A stretch of DNA of 64,000 nt from positions 39,343 to 103,342 of the forward strand of contig JAFTUL010000013.1 in the NCBI GenBank assembly GCA_017466275.1, given 5' to 3'. This document shows, in pieces, positions 49,725-59,451 of this stretch (position 1 is the first letter of the stretch; every line of letters begins with the position of its first letter). The notes below the pieces were generated by a model, which saw only the letters and a list, made by a program, of their open reading frames with translations, ran no database searches and was not told where the DNA came from. Position numbers and translations under genes: made by a program. This DNA comes from Clostridia bacterium. GTDB lineage: Bacteria; Bacillota; Clostridia; UMGS1883.

Positions 49725-49765
49725 AAAAATCACCTCACAGGTATTTTATCCCATGAGGTGTATTT

Positions 49766-51976
49766 TTAGTCATATAAATTTTTGAAAACGTAGGTTGCAC
49801 TGTCGTTTGTGATTTTAAATGACAGATAGCATACCTTTTCGACGGATTTTTCAATAGTGCTTTCGTCACGGATGTTTGCAACGGTTATATACCGCACACC
49901 GTCTTCGATTCTGCAGAAATTTTCGCCTCCGCTTGAAATTACGAACACGTTTTTCGTCTTTGCCGAATCGGAAAGCATACTGTAAAATGCCTTTTTGTCA
50001 ATTTTCGATGCAAATGACGGCTCTTTATCAAGTATTACAAACACGTTTTTCTGTGAGGAATTAAGTGCCGTGGAAAGCTTCTCCCACTGTGTACCCCTTG
50101 AAATAACGCCGTCTTTTTGCTGGAGTGAAACTATTTTCGAGTGGGAGTAGCTTCTTTCAATATAGTTTCCTGCCATTACGGGGGAATTTGCAGGGGTCAG
50201 GTCAGCAGGCTTATCTCCGCCCACAACGGCAGAAACGTCCGACTTTTCCAATATATCCATAGCATTTGAATACACAACACGGTCAAAAAGCGTGTTCATT
50301 TCAGATGAGCTGTAAATGTTAAAGGTTGTGCCGATTTCTCTGTCACGGTTGAGGAAGTCGCTTGTTACAGGCATTGCTATAGATGCCTGGGCCCCTGACG
50401 AAGTGATGACTATACTCCTCTTTGCACCGTTTCTTGAAAGATTCAGCAGTCCCGAAGTTCGGGAAGGATTAAGGAGGGAAAGGTCATTTATAACAGCCGT
50501 ATTTCCTTCTTCGTCAAAAACTTTCACTTTTCCTGAAAGTTCTGCTTCGCTACCGATTTTTTCGGGGGCAATGATTCCTGTAACCTCTCCTATTATATTT
50601 ATCTTAAAGGAATCCGTTTCCTTACCGTTATAATATGCGGTAACGGTGGCTTCACCGCTTCCCGTAGGGTAGTATACGTTATCCTTTACCGTGCCTTTTC
50701 CGTCCGACACGCTCCACGAAAGAGTTCCGCTTACCGAGGACGGTGGATTATAATTTTTGTCGTAGGGTGTTACCTTGATTTTTATACTGTCGCCCGAAAG
50801 CACGCTTTTTTCCGAAACCTCACACAACACACCTACTGCCGCAAGGCTTTCGGCATTGCTCGTAATGGCAGGGGCATTTATGACCTTTCTCGTTTCCGAG
50901 GGGGAGTTAAGTGTGTGCAAGGTGTTATTTTTAAGAGTTTTTCCCACCATTGCGGTAGAGCCGCCGCCGTCAAGGTTGATGGCATTTACCATACCCATTT
51001 CCTTGCATATGTCGGCAAGCTGAGAAAGGGAAACCCCCTTGCTGACACTTTGTCTGCCGTCAACGGTCATCATATAAATAACAGTACCGTCGGAGTTTGT
51101 TCCTATTATACTGCGTGGGTGGTTTCCGCTTACGTCGTGAGTGATTTGCGTTTTCTGTCCGTCTTTTAGAAGGAGCGTTCCACCGCCAAATGCGGTCTGC
51201 ACGTCCTCAATAGAGGGATTTACGCTGATTTCAGTTTTCACAAAGTCGCCAATACTAAATTTTGAATCCAGAAAAGGAGTCATATTATCATTGATTGCAA
51301 GGATGTATCCGTTTTCGGGAATGGGGATTACACCGCCCATGCTGATTCCCTTTGCAGTAACCACATCTTCAACAACTGTTACTGCCGTTATCCCCTCGGG
51401 AAGATGGGGGGAGGTTGCACCGTTAAAATCGGGGGTGTACATAAGCACAGCTCCGTAGTAATCGGTAGGCTTATTGATATGTGCAATGGGCATCTCGGTG
51501 CCGTCGGGGGCAGAAATTTTCATAGTGAAATCTATATAGGAAAGTGAAAGCTTATTATCCTCAAAAAAGCCTGCCGCCATATCGGAATTTATATGGGACT
51601 GGAGTAGCTCGCCATCCTTGACCTCAATTCCCAGGGAGAAGTTCTGATTTCCCTTGTATGCGGAGAAGAAGTCACCGTTTATTGCAACGACGGTCTGGCT
51701 GTCACCCTTTGCGTGGTTCATAACCGTATCAACCTTGTCACTTCCGCCACTGTTTTTAAGCAGGTCGAAGCTGAGGTTTTTATTCTTTAAATCTGCCTTG
51801 ATTAAGGTTATATTCATGGCTGAATCACCGAAAAACCGTTGTTCTTTTATAAGTGTTACCCCGTCGGTTACAATTTCCTCTGTCTTGTTTGTGTAAAGCG
51901 TTGCCGCCTGAACGGAAACTGTCAGCAGGGTAACAAAAACCGTCAACAGGAAAATAATTTTTTTCAATGTAATCAC
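49766..51976 (-). CDS. secreted phosphodiester glycosidase family protein (NAGPA/DUF2233 domain) with large N- and C-terminal extensions
   Basis: Signal peptide. NAGPA-like core including NAINLDGGGSTAM. 736 aa. Confidence 0.55.
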   Translation of the reverse strand: MITLKKIIFLLTVFVTLLTVSVQAATLYTNKTEEIVTDGVTLIKEQRFFGDSAMNITLIKADLKNKNLSFDLLKNSGGSDKVDTVMNHAKGDSQTVVAINGDFFSAYKGNQNFSLGIEVKDGELLQSHINSDMAAGFFEDNKLSLSYIDFTMKISAPDGTEMPIAHINKPTDYYGAVLMYTPDFNGATSPHLPEGITAVTVVEDVVTAKGISMGGVIPIPENGYILAINDNMTPFLDSKFSIGDFVKTEISVNPSIEDVQTAFGGGTLLLKDGQKTQITHDVSGNHPRSIIGTNSDGTVIYMMTVDGRQSVSKGVSLSQLADICKEMGMVNAINLDGGGSTAMVGKTLKNNTLHTLNSPSETRKVINAPAITSNAESLAAVGVLCEVSEKSVLSGDSIKIKVTPYDKNYNPPSSVSGTLSWSVSDGKGTVKDNVYYPTGSGEATVTAYYNGKETDSFKINIIGEVTGIIAPEKIGSEAELSGKVKVFDEEGNTAVINDLSLLNPSRTSGLLNLSRNGAKRSIVITSSGAQASIAMPVTSDFLNRDREIGTTFNIYSSSEMNTLFDRVVYSNAMDILEKSDVSAVVGGDKPADLTPANSPVMAGNYIERSYSHSKIVSLQQKDGVISRGTQWEKLSTALNSSQKNVFVILDKEPSFASKIDKKAFYSMLSDSAKTKNVFVISSGGENFCRIEDGVRYITVANIRDESTIEKSVEKVCYLSFKITNDSATYVFKNLYD

Positions 51977-51983
51977 CTCGGTG

Positions 51984-52751
51984 TCAATTAGTTTTCTTTT
52001 TCGCTTTCTGAATGTTGTAAAGCACCCTCACGGAAAGTGCTTCGGGTAAAATTTTGGATAGAAAGCGTGTGCATTTCATTGTAATATCGGGAACAATGGA
52101 AAATCTGTTTTTCATCATACCCTTTACTGCAAGCTTTGCCACGTAATCGGGGGAAAGTGTCTTTTTCCCCAGGTTGGAGCCGGAAACCTCGCCAAACTCC
52201 GTTTCTACGGGACCGGGACACAGTACGCTTATTGTTACAGGGGATTTTTTTCGTCTGAGTTCCTCACGTACAGCTCTTGAAAGCCTTAAAACATACGCCT
52301 TGGAAGCATAGTAAGAGGACAGAAAAGGCCCCGAAAAAAACGCCGCTGAACTTGAAACATTCAGGATTTTTCCGCCGCCTCTCTTTTCCATAAGGGGGAT
52401 ATACTCTTTCATAAGCAGGTGTAATGCACGGATATTTACATCCAACATACTGTTTTCACGGAGAAAATCCGTTTCGGTAAATTCACCGTAAACACCAAGC
52501 CCTGCATTGTTTATAAGCACGTCAATATCGGGGTGGGTTTTCACCAGCCCCTTTACCGATTCTATGTCCGTTAAGTCTGCCGTCACAATGTGCGTGGGAC
52601 AGGAAAGCTTTTCGGAAAGTTTCGCCAGACGGTCTGTCCGCCGTGCGGTAAGTACCGTTTCGTAGCCCATTGAGTCAAGCCTTTTCGCAATTGCTTCCCC
52701 TATTCCGCTGCTTGCCCCAGTAATAAGTGCCTTGGGCATATTACACCTCAA
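51984..52751 (-). CDS. SDR-family oxidoreductase
   Basis: TGASSGIGEA Rossmann motif, NNAG and YxxxK catalytic motif. Confidence 0.85.
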   Translation of the reverse strand: MRCNMPKALITGASSGIGEAIAKRLDSMGYETVLTARRTDRLAKLSEKLSCPTHIVTADLTDIESVKGLVKTHPDIDVLINNAGLGVYGEFTETDFLRENSMLDVNIRALHLLMKEYIPLMEKRGGGKILNVSSSAAFFSGPFLSSYYASKAYVLRLSRAVREELRRKKSPVTISVLCPGPVETEFGEVSGSNLGKKTLSPDYVAKLAVKGMMKNRFSIVPDITMKCTRFLSKILPEALSVRVLYNIQKAKKKTN

Positions 52752-52998
52752 AACTCTCTTCGGGAAGAACGCGGATAGCTACATTAAGCTCCTCGCCAAC
52801 CTTTTCAAGCTCCGCTGTAAGCTCGTCAAGAGAAAGCTCGCTCTGTTCCATATCCACAAGGGCAATCATTGTGAAAAGATTCTGCATCAGCTTTTGGGAA
52901 ATGTCCAGAATGTTGATATTCTTTTCATAGAAAAGTCCGCTGACCCTTGCAATGATACCTGTCTTATCCTTACCTACTACTGTTACTACTGCTCTCAT
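52741..52998 (-). CDS. ACT domain-containing protein (UPF0237-like)
   Basis: 85 aa. VTVVGKDKTGIIARVS… ACT fold pattern. Confidence 0.7.
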   Translation of the reverse strand: MRAVVTVVGKDKTGIIARVSGLFYEKNINILDISQKLMQNLFTMIALVDMEQSELSLDELTAELEKVGEELNVAIRVLPEESFEV

Positions 52999-53010
52999 AA
53001 CAATTCTCCT

Positions 53011-53745
53011 TTACATTCTGTTCTGTCTTACTGTTTCATAAATGAAAAGTGCCGCCGCAACGGATGCATTGAGGGAATTTACGTCACCTTTCATAGGGAT
53101 TTTTACCTTAAAATCGCACTTTTCGAGAACAAGTCGGCTGATACCTTCCCCCTCGGAGCCGATAACGATTGCAACCGCACCTTTAAGGTCGGCATCATAA
53201 ATATCCTTTTCCCCCGAAGCGTCTGCACCTGTTACCCAGATGTTTTTCTTCTTGAGGTCGTCAATGGTTTTGGCAAGGCTTGTCACCCTTGCCACGGGGG
53301 TGTATTCAACTGCACCTGCACTTGCCTTGGCACATACGGACGTGAGTGATGCCGATTCGTGCTTGGAAATAATGATTCCGTGGGCACCTGCACAGTTTGC
53401 TGTTCTTATAATAGAGCCAAGGTTTCGGGGGTCTGCAATCCTGTCAAGAATTACGATAAAGGGAGGCTCCCCTTTATCCTCCGCACGTTTTAAAATATCG
53501 TCAACGGTAGCATACTCTGCCGCACTGCAGAGGGCAATTACACCCTGATGCACGCCTGTTTCGCTCATTTCGTCGAGCTTTCTGCCGTCAGTTTCGGTAA
53601 CGGGAATCCCCTTTTCCTTTGCCATACGGATGATGGGAATTATGCTTCCGTGCTTATCGCCTTTTTTTACATATATTTTATCAATGTTTCTGCCGCTTTT
53701 AAGGGCTTCTGTGACAGGGTTTCTGCCTTCTAATTTATCGCTCAT
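53011..53745 (-). CDS. rlmB: 23S rRNA (guanosine-2'-O-)-methyltransferase RlmB (SpoU/TrmH family)
   Basis: SpoU_sub_bind N-domain and SPOUT motifs. Start MSDKLEGRNPV is 8 nt after AAGGAGG. Confidence 0.8.
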   Translation of the reverse strand: MSDKLEGRNPVTEALKSGRNIDKIYVKKGDKHGSIIPIIRMAKEKGIPVTETDGRKLDEMSETGVHQGVIALCSAAEYATVDDILKRAEDKGEPPFIVILDRIADPRNLGSIIRTANCAGAHGIIISKHESASLTSVCAKASAGAVEYTPVARVTSLAKTIDDLKKKNIWVTGADASGEKDIYDADLKGAVAIVIGSEGEGISRLVLEKCDFKVKIPMKGDVNSLNASVAAALFIYETVRQNRM

Positions 53746-53821
53746 ATCAAAAACCTCCTTGGCTTGCTTAGTCATTATAACATACAAACGGGCAAATTTG
53801 TACCTTTGTAACATAAATTTA

Positions 53822-55843
53822 TTATTTCAAAATTTCTCCCGTAAACGGATGCTCCTCTTCGCGAACGGGCATATACGGTAAAATTACATAGTCAGAATCA
53901 AAACGAAGCCCTTTTTGGTAAAGGTAATTAATCTCCCCGGGGGAATATCCCTGCGGAAAAATATAAGATTTCCCGTCATAATAAACCTTGAGCATACGGG
54001 CATCTTTAATAAAGTAAACGGGTATATATTCCAACACAGTATTTCCAAACTGATATTTTTGGTAGTCTTTCAGCAAGATGACATCAATATTTCTCTCTTT
54101 GGAACGGGTCAGGAGGGTATCCCTCTTTGACTTTCGGAATATGGGGTCAGATGCAATAATAGTGTCTATGTGATTTTCATATAAAAGAATATGAAATGTG
54201 TTTTGAGTTGTCAGAATAACCGTGGAAAAGGGCTGTGATGCGGTATGAAGAGTTCGTGCGTCGTGCAGCCTTGGGCAGTCTACCAGAAAGGTGTTTCCGT
54301 CGGAAAGCCGTACTGCAGACATGGTTTGTGTCCCGTAATATGCTGTAGAAATATTTGTTTCCTCGATGGGAGAATACATAGTTAAAAACACCGTTATGAC
54401 GGAAAAAACCGCGGAAAACCGATGCCTGTTGCTTCTTGTAAGGGGGTGCATATATATTAGTACAAGCAAAAACGCCCATAAAATAATAACCGTAAGACAG
54501 CTTCCCCGAATTTCCAAAAGGGAGAAGGGCAAATCCCTTACAAAACCGCTTGCCGAGGTTATCCCGAGGGAGAAAAGCCTCATAGCAAACGCTGTACCGT
54601 TGGAAAGAATCGCTATCGGTGAAGCAATAATAAGAATCATTCCGAGGATAACATAAACTCCCGAAAGCGGTACTAAAAGGGCGTTTGAGAGCAACGACCA
54701 AGGCGTTATCGTACCGAAATAATAAACTATTATGGGCATAACGGTTAGCTGTGCACTTATGCTCATAGACAAAACCTCCGCAAGGGCAGAGGGCATAAAT
54801 TTCGATAAAATACCCGAAATTTTTTTGTTATAAATAATTATTCCTGCAACAGCCAGTACAGAAAGAATAAATCCTGCATTAAATACCGTAAACGGATTTA
54901 TGAAAGTCATTATAAGCACCGCAACTGCAAGCGATGTCGGAGAATCGTTGTCACGGTAGATGTATTTTGAGAGGAGGTAAATTGAGCACATAATAAATGC
55001 CCTTATTACGCTTGCACCTGCACCTGTTAAAAGTACAATAAAAAGTGCACCTGCAAAAACCAATATGTAACCGCATCTTCGCTTCCCAACAAAAAGCCAT
55101 GCGATAATCATAAGAAAAGTCATTGCCACAGAAAGGTGCAATCCCGAAACCACGGCAATGTGACTGAGTCCGCTTGCTTTAAGGGATGCGTCAAGGTCCT
55201 CTGAAATCAGCCGTTTGTCCCCGATAACCATTGCATTAAAAAGCCCGCGGTCATCTTCGTTGGGAAAATATTTTTTACCGAGGCTGTCTATGTAAACCCG
55301 CAGGGAATACAGCTTCCCCATCAGTCCGTCAGCTTTTCCTATTGGCTGAGGAGACTTTTCTGCATCCGAAATAAGAAAAATGCCATTCCCTGCAAGAGTA
55401 TGGGCGTAACCGTGGGAGAAAATTTTGCTTGCATTGGGGGTATAAAGAGAAAATTCCCCCTCTATAATATCCCCAGGAGAAAGACGGGAATCCTCGTCAA
55501 AGCGGAGAAGTACCTTGTGCCTTTCCCCTCTGTCCTCAAAATACGCAGTAACGGAATTGTTATCCGAAAAATCAGTTACCGTCAGCCTCATTACCTCGCT
55601 TTTGCCTGAATATTCAGCAATAATGGTGTCACGGAGATTTTCGGCAAGAATCATTCTGCCTATTCCCAGAGTAATCAGCAAGACGGCAATAAATGACGGA
55701 AAGAGCCTCTTTGTTTTCAAAAACACAAACGCCCATACCAATAGGCACATAACTGCCGTTATTATTAAATTTACGCTATACGCGGCAAGAAATATTCCAA
55801 GAACGAATAAAATTGCCACAGGAATAAGCGGTCTTTTAATCAT
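53822..55843 (-). CDS. comEC: DNA internalization-related competence protein ComEC/Rec2
   Basis: 673 aa with DUF4131 N-segment, competence polytopic core (…SGLHLSV…) and degenerate metallo-beta-lactamase C-domain. Confidence 0.8.
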   Translation of the reverse strand: MIKRPLIPVAILFVLGIFLAAYSVNLIITAVMCLLVWAFVFLKTKRLFPSFIAVLLITLGIGRMILAENLRDTIIAEYSGKSEVMRLTVTDFSDNNSVTAYFEDRGERHKVLLRFDEDSRLSPGDIIEGEFSLYTPNASKIFSHGYAHTLAGNGIFLISDAEKSPQPIGKADGLMGKLYSLRVYIDSLGKKYFPNEDDRGLFNAMVIGDKRLISEDLDASLKASGLSHIAVVSGLHLSVAMTFLMIIAWLFVGKRRCGYILVFAGALFIVLLTGAGASVIRAFIMCSIYLLSKYIYRDNDSPTSLAVAVLIMTFINPFTVFNAGFILSVLAVAGIIIYNKKISGILSKFMPSALAEVLSMSISAQLTVMPIIVYYFGTITPWSLLSNALLVPLSGVYVILGMILIIASPIAILSNGTAFAMRLFSLGITSASGFVRDLPFSLLEIRGSCLTVIILWAFLLVLIYMHPLTRSNRHRFSAVFSVITVFLTMYSPIEETNISTAYYGTQTMSAVRLSDGNTFLVDCPRLHDARTLHTASQPFSTVILTTQNTFHILLYENHIDTIIASDPIFRKSKRDTLLTRSKERNIDVILLKDYQKYQFGNTVLEYIPVYFIKDARMLKVYYDGKSYIFPQGYSPGEINYLYQKGLRFDSDYVILPYMPVREEEHPFTGEILK

Positions 55844-55847
55844 AGGG

Positions 55848-56090
55848 TTATTTTATCTCCTGTTCGAGGGAATTAAAAACTTCTGTGGAGAAAAATTCCT
55901 CAAGGGTAATTTCAAGACCGTCACAAAACTTCTTGATTGTTCTGATGGATATATCACGGCGGGATTCGTCAATCATACTGTACGCCGTAGACGGAGTAAC
56001 GCCTGATATATTGGCTAATTCGTTAATTTTCCAGCCCTTTTCATTGCATAACTGCAAAAATCTTTCAACAATAGCATCTTTGATATCCAT
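55848..56090 (-). CDS. XRE-family HTH transcriptional regulator (80 aa)
   Basis: HTH_3 pattern (…WKINELANISGVTPSTAYSMIDESRRDISIRTIKKFCDGLEI…). Confidence 0.7.
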   Translation of the reverse strand: MDIKDAIVERFLQLCNEKGWKINELANISGVTPSTAYSMIDESRRDISIRTIKKFCDGLEITLEEFFSTEVFNSLEQEIK

Positions 56091-56177
56091 TGAAAACTCA
56101 CCTCAAGGATATTTTACTCTCTTTTACGATTGTGCGTATACGCACACGCGTGCTACACTGCAAGATTTGCAAACAAT

Positions 56178-56766
56178 TTCTGCGGAGTCGCAGAGGACGG
56201 TGTACTTTTGGGAGCCAAAAGTACCAAAAACGCGGGGGTTCCGATTCCCCCGCACCCCTGAAACGGCCTCGCAGGGGCGTAAAAAAGCAAATACTTGTTT
56301 TTAATTACAAAGATGGTTTTGTTTTTCGAAATTATTTGTTTTTGTGTCGCCGTCCTAAAAGGAAAACTTATTTCCTTGCGGACTAAAAATCGCTCGTCAG
56401 CAGCGGAAGTTGATACGAGCGATTTTTACGCCAGTCAACAAAGAATTTCTCAAAACCCGACTGTTCTACCGAAGCACTAAACTAAGGTTTTTGCAAATTT
56501 TCTGTCGGCTACCGTGAAATTGCGAGTATTAGTTTCCTCTGCAGGCGAGCAATTTCAGGCGAACAGGCAACTGAGTGTTGCCTTAAAGCCGACGGTTCAA
56601 AGACGGAAAATTTGCAAAAACGAAAACGATACATTAAAAGAAAACCACGCCCAAGAAATATTACGCCCCTGCGAGGGCGTTGAGGGGTGTGGGGAGAATC
56701 GCAACTCCCCACCGCTTTTCGCCATTTTGGCGTTCAAAATGGCACTCCCCTAATCGGCTCCGATTA
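56178..56766. repeat. largest composite copy R2 of modular stem-loop repeat family (HP1-X-Y-W / rcL / M / W-Y-Z-end hairpin)
   Basis: 56180..56280 carries the ctgcggagtcgcag, gtacttttgggagccaaaagtac, gggggttccgattccccc and acggcctcgcaggggcgt hairpins. 56286..56465 is the reverse complement of 32641..32820. 56467..56766 is ~90% identical to 36938..37232. Confidence 0.8.
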
Positions 56767-56845
56767 AATACCTGCAATTTCTTGCAATAAAAAACAAAAT
56801 TTTGCAATAAAAAATACTTTTTTGCTAAAAGTATGCGAAAAACTC

Positions 56846-56875
56846 TTGATTTTCCCCCTGCCTTGGTATTATAAT
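56846..56875 (+). promoter_or_regulatory. strong sigma-A promoter of potABCD
   Basis: TTGATT, 18 nt spacer, TATAAT. Two TTGCAATAAAAAA direct repeats lie upstream (56782..56794 and 56802..56814). Confidence 0.55.
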
Positions 56876-57120
56876 ATAATAAGCAAACGATTTCTTTGGA
56901 ATCTTAATGCAAATATAGGACCACTCTCATGGGAGTCGAGGCCATACGGACAGCCGGGTCCACTGCCTATTGATTGAGTTAAAAGCTCAGTTTTATAAGT
57001 TGGTTACTTTATAACCGAAATGCGTAATTGCGCTAACTTGTGAAATGGTCAATAAGAGTAGTGACTCTGTATGTCCAATATCTTAAATTTTCTTAGGAAA
57101 TTTGTCTTTTTTGAGATATT

Positions 57121-57160
57121 AACACAAGTCGTGTAATTGCGATTTGTGTTTTTTATTTAC
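57121..57160 (+). promoter_or_regulatory. intrinsic terminator (attenuator) inside the potA 5' leader
   Basis: AACACAA-gtcgtgtaattgcga-TTGTGTT followed by TTTTTTATTT, 20 nt before the RBS AAGAGGTG. Upstream ACTTGTG (57046..57052) can pair with the 5' arm as an antiterminator. Confidence 0.55.
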
Positions 57161-57179
57161 ATAAAAAGAGGTGTTTTAG

Positions 57180-58667
57180 ATGGCAAACAACGTAATCATT
57201 GAACTTAAAAATGTATCCAAGCATTTCGGGCAGACGTATGCTGTGGAGGATTTCAACCTTTATGTCAAGAAAGGGGAATTTGTAACCTTTTTGGGACCAA
57301 GCGGATGCGGAAAGACTACCACTCTCCGAATGATTGCAGGATTTGAGCTTCCTACGGGCGGACAAATTCTCCTAAACGGGGAGGATATTTCCCTGCTTCC
57401 GCCGTACAAACGCCCTGTAAATACTGTATTCCAGAAGTATGCTCTTTTTCCTCATATGGATGTGTATGACAACATTGCTTTCGGTCTGAAGCTGAAGAAA
57501 ATTCCCGACGGGGAAAAGACGAGAAAGCTTACCAAAGAGGAAATTGACAAAAAAGTCAGGAAAGCTCTTAAAATAGTTGACCTTGAAGAGTACGAAAACC
57601 GTGATATATCCACCCTTTCAGGCGGTCAGCAGCAGAGAATTGCCATTGCCCGTGCTATTGTAAATGAGCCTGAAATTCTTCTCCTTGACGAGCCTTTGGG
57701 TGCTCTCGATTTGAAAATGAGAAAGGATATGCAGCTTGAACTTAAGGAAATGCACAAGAAACTCGGCATCACCTTTATATACGTAACTCACGACCAGGAG
57801 GAGGCACTTACTCTCTCCGACACGATTGTGGTTATGAAAGACGGTATGATTCAGCAAATCGGCACTCCCGAGGATATTTATAACGAGCCCAGCAATGCCT
57901 TTGTCGCAAACTTCATCGGTGAAAGCAATATTTACAGCGGTACGGTGACGGGCGACAAAAAAGTCAGATTTATAAACCACGTTTTTGATTGTGTTGACGA
58001 ATTCCCGAAAAATGAAAAGGTTGATGTGGTAATCCGTCCCGAGGATGTTCATATTACAAGTGCTGACAGCGGTATGGCAAAAGGCAAAATTGTCAGCAAA
58101 ATTTTCAAGGGCATCCACTACGAATACATAATGATGGTTGGCAGAAACGAGCTTGTCATAGTTGATACAAGGGATTTGAATGTGAACGAAACCTACGGCT
58201 TTGACATTGAGCCTGACGGTATTCACATTATGAAAAAGGAACTTACCTCCAATATCTACAATGATGCCTACATTGACAAGGAAAACCGTGTTGTTATTTC
58301 CGAATGTCCCTTTGAATGTGACATTACTTCTCTTGTGCAAGGCTCTATCGTTGACAGTGAGGGCTATGTTGTAGGCCCTGACGGTACACGTTACGACTTT
58401 ACTGATGCGGATGTCCGTGCAGAAATCGGACTCAAGGATATTGAAATCCTCGACGACGAGGAAGCAGGTGTCGTAAAGGGTGAGATTGTTTCCATTATAT
58501 ATAAGGGTGACCATTATCAGCTTACAATCCGCACTCCCGAGGATGAAGATTTTGTTCTTGATACTGAATATACATATGACGAGAACGACCTTGTAGGTCT
58601 TAATGTACGCCCTCAGGACATAAAGCTTACATTGAAAGGAGAGGCGAAGAAATATGCAAAAAAATAA
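57180..58667 (+). CDS. potA: spermidine/putrescine ABC transporter ATP-binding protein PotA with extended C-terminal TOBE region
   Basis: Walker [10 protein letters not shown], signature LSGGQQQR, Walker [12 protein letters not shown]. 495 aa, ~120 aa longer than a typical PotA. Confidence 0.85.
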   Translation: MANNVIIELKNVSKHFGQTYAVEDFNLYVKKGEFVTFLGPSGCGKTTTLRMIAGFELPTGGQILLNGEDISLLPPYKRPVNTVFQKYALFPHMDVYDNIAFGLKLKKIPDGEKTRKLTKEEIDKKVRKALKIVDLEEYENRDISTLSGGQQQRIAIARAIVNEPEILLLDEPLGALDLKMRKDMQLELKEMHKKLGITFIYVTHDQEEALTLSDTIVVMKDGMIQQIGTPEDIYNEPSNAFVANFIGESNIYSGTVTGDKKVRFINHVFDCVDEFPKNEKVDVVIRPEDVHITSADSGMAKGKIVSKIFKGIHYEYIMMVGRNELVIVDTRDLNVNETYGFDIEPDGIHIMKKELTSNIYNDAYIDKENRVVISECPFECDITSLVQGSIVDSEGYVVGPDGTRYDFTDADVRAEIGLKDIEILDDEEAGVVKGEIVSIIYKGDHYQLTIRTPEDEDFVLDTEYTYDENDLVGLNVRPQDIKLTLKGEAKKYAKK

Positions 58668-59451
58668 TATTTTTTCCAGAAAAACTCTCGCCCTGCCTTA
58701 TGCTGTCTTTATGATTCTGTTTGTTGTGATTCCGCTTTTTCTGATTGTGATGTACGCGTTTACGGATGCAGACGGAAAATTTACCTTTGATAATTTCCGT
58801 ACATTTTTCTCCGGCGGACACAACATAAATACATTGATGTTCAGTATATTTATAGGTATGGCGAATACGGCACTCTGCCTGCTTTTGGGCTACCCTGCCG
58901 CTTACATACTGGCGAAAAAGGAAATGGGCTTTGGCAAGGCAACTGTGCTTCTGTTTGTAATGCCGATGTGGATAAACTTCGTTCTTCGTACCGCCGCAAC
59001 ACGAGACCTTCTCTTTGCAATGGGTATTTCTGGCGGGGAGCATCCCTATTTTGCCACAATGATTGGTATGGTGTATAACTACCTGCCATTTGTAATTCTG
59101 CCCCTTTACACCTCTATGACAAAAATGAATTTAAGTCTTATTGAGGCATCCTACGACCTCGGTGCAAATAAGGTGCAGACATTCTTTAAAACGGTGCTTC
59201 CTATGACTATGCCTGGGATTGCATCTGCGGCAACAATGGTGTTTATGCCCACTATGAGCAGCTTTGTAATAAGTGACGTTATGGGTGAGAGAAAGATTTC
59301 CCTTATCGGTAACAGTATTCAGCTTTATTTCGACCAGGGATTGTGGAATTTAGGCAGTCTTGTTGCCCTCATAATGCTTATAATTATGGCATTTGGTGCA
59401 CTCTGTGCCGATTCCGAGGGTGAAAGTGATGCGAGAGGGGGTCTGTGGTAA
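58654..59451 (+). CDS. potB: spermidine/putrescine ABC transporter permease PotB
   Basis: 265 aa. 6-TM BPD_transp_1 permease. Overlaps potA by 14 nt. Confidence 0.85.
   Translation: MQKNNIFSRKTLALPYAVFMILFVVIPLFLIVMYAFTDADGKFTFDNFRTFFSGGHNINTLMFSIFIGMANTALCLLLGYPAAYILAKKEMGFGKATVLLFVMPMWINFVLRTAATRDLLFAMGISGGEHPYFATMIGMVYNYLPFVILPLYTSMTKMNLSLIEASYDLGANKVQTFFKTVLPMTMPGIASAATMVFMPTMSSFVISDVMGERKISLIGNSIQLYFDQGLWNLGSLVALIMLIIMAFGALCADSEGESDARGGLW

Noticed and set aside
56227-56260. tRNA-like T-arm (gggggTTCCGATTccccc followed by gcacccc) suggesting a tRNA gene or fragment
   Set aside because: The loop is 8 nt, not 7. There is no matching acceptor 5' strand, D-arm or anticodon arm upstream. The 3' end is not CCA.
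56295-56480. 61 aa and 86 aa ORFs (56295..56480 and 32543..32803) inside the L block of the repeat, considered as a possible element-encoded protein
   Set aside because: Both read straight through a perfect terminator hairpin. The translation is low complexity (MFLITKMVLFFEIICF…). The two copies differ by frame-altering changes outside the shared N-terminus. They are better explained as non-coding structured sequence.
56178-56766. Large ornate ncRNA of the OLE, ROOL or GOLLD type
   Set aside because: Those RNAs are single-copy with fixed architecture. Here the modules are shuffled and inverted among five copies, which fits a mobile or repeat element better.
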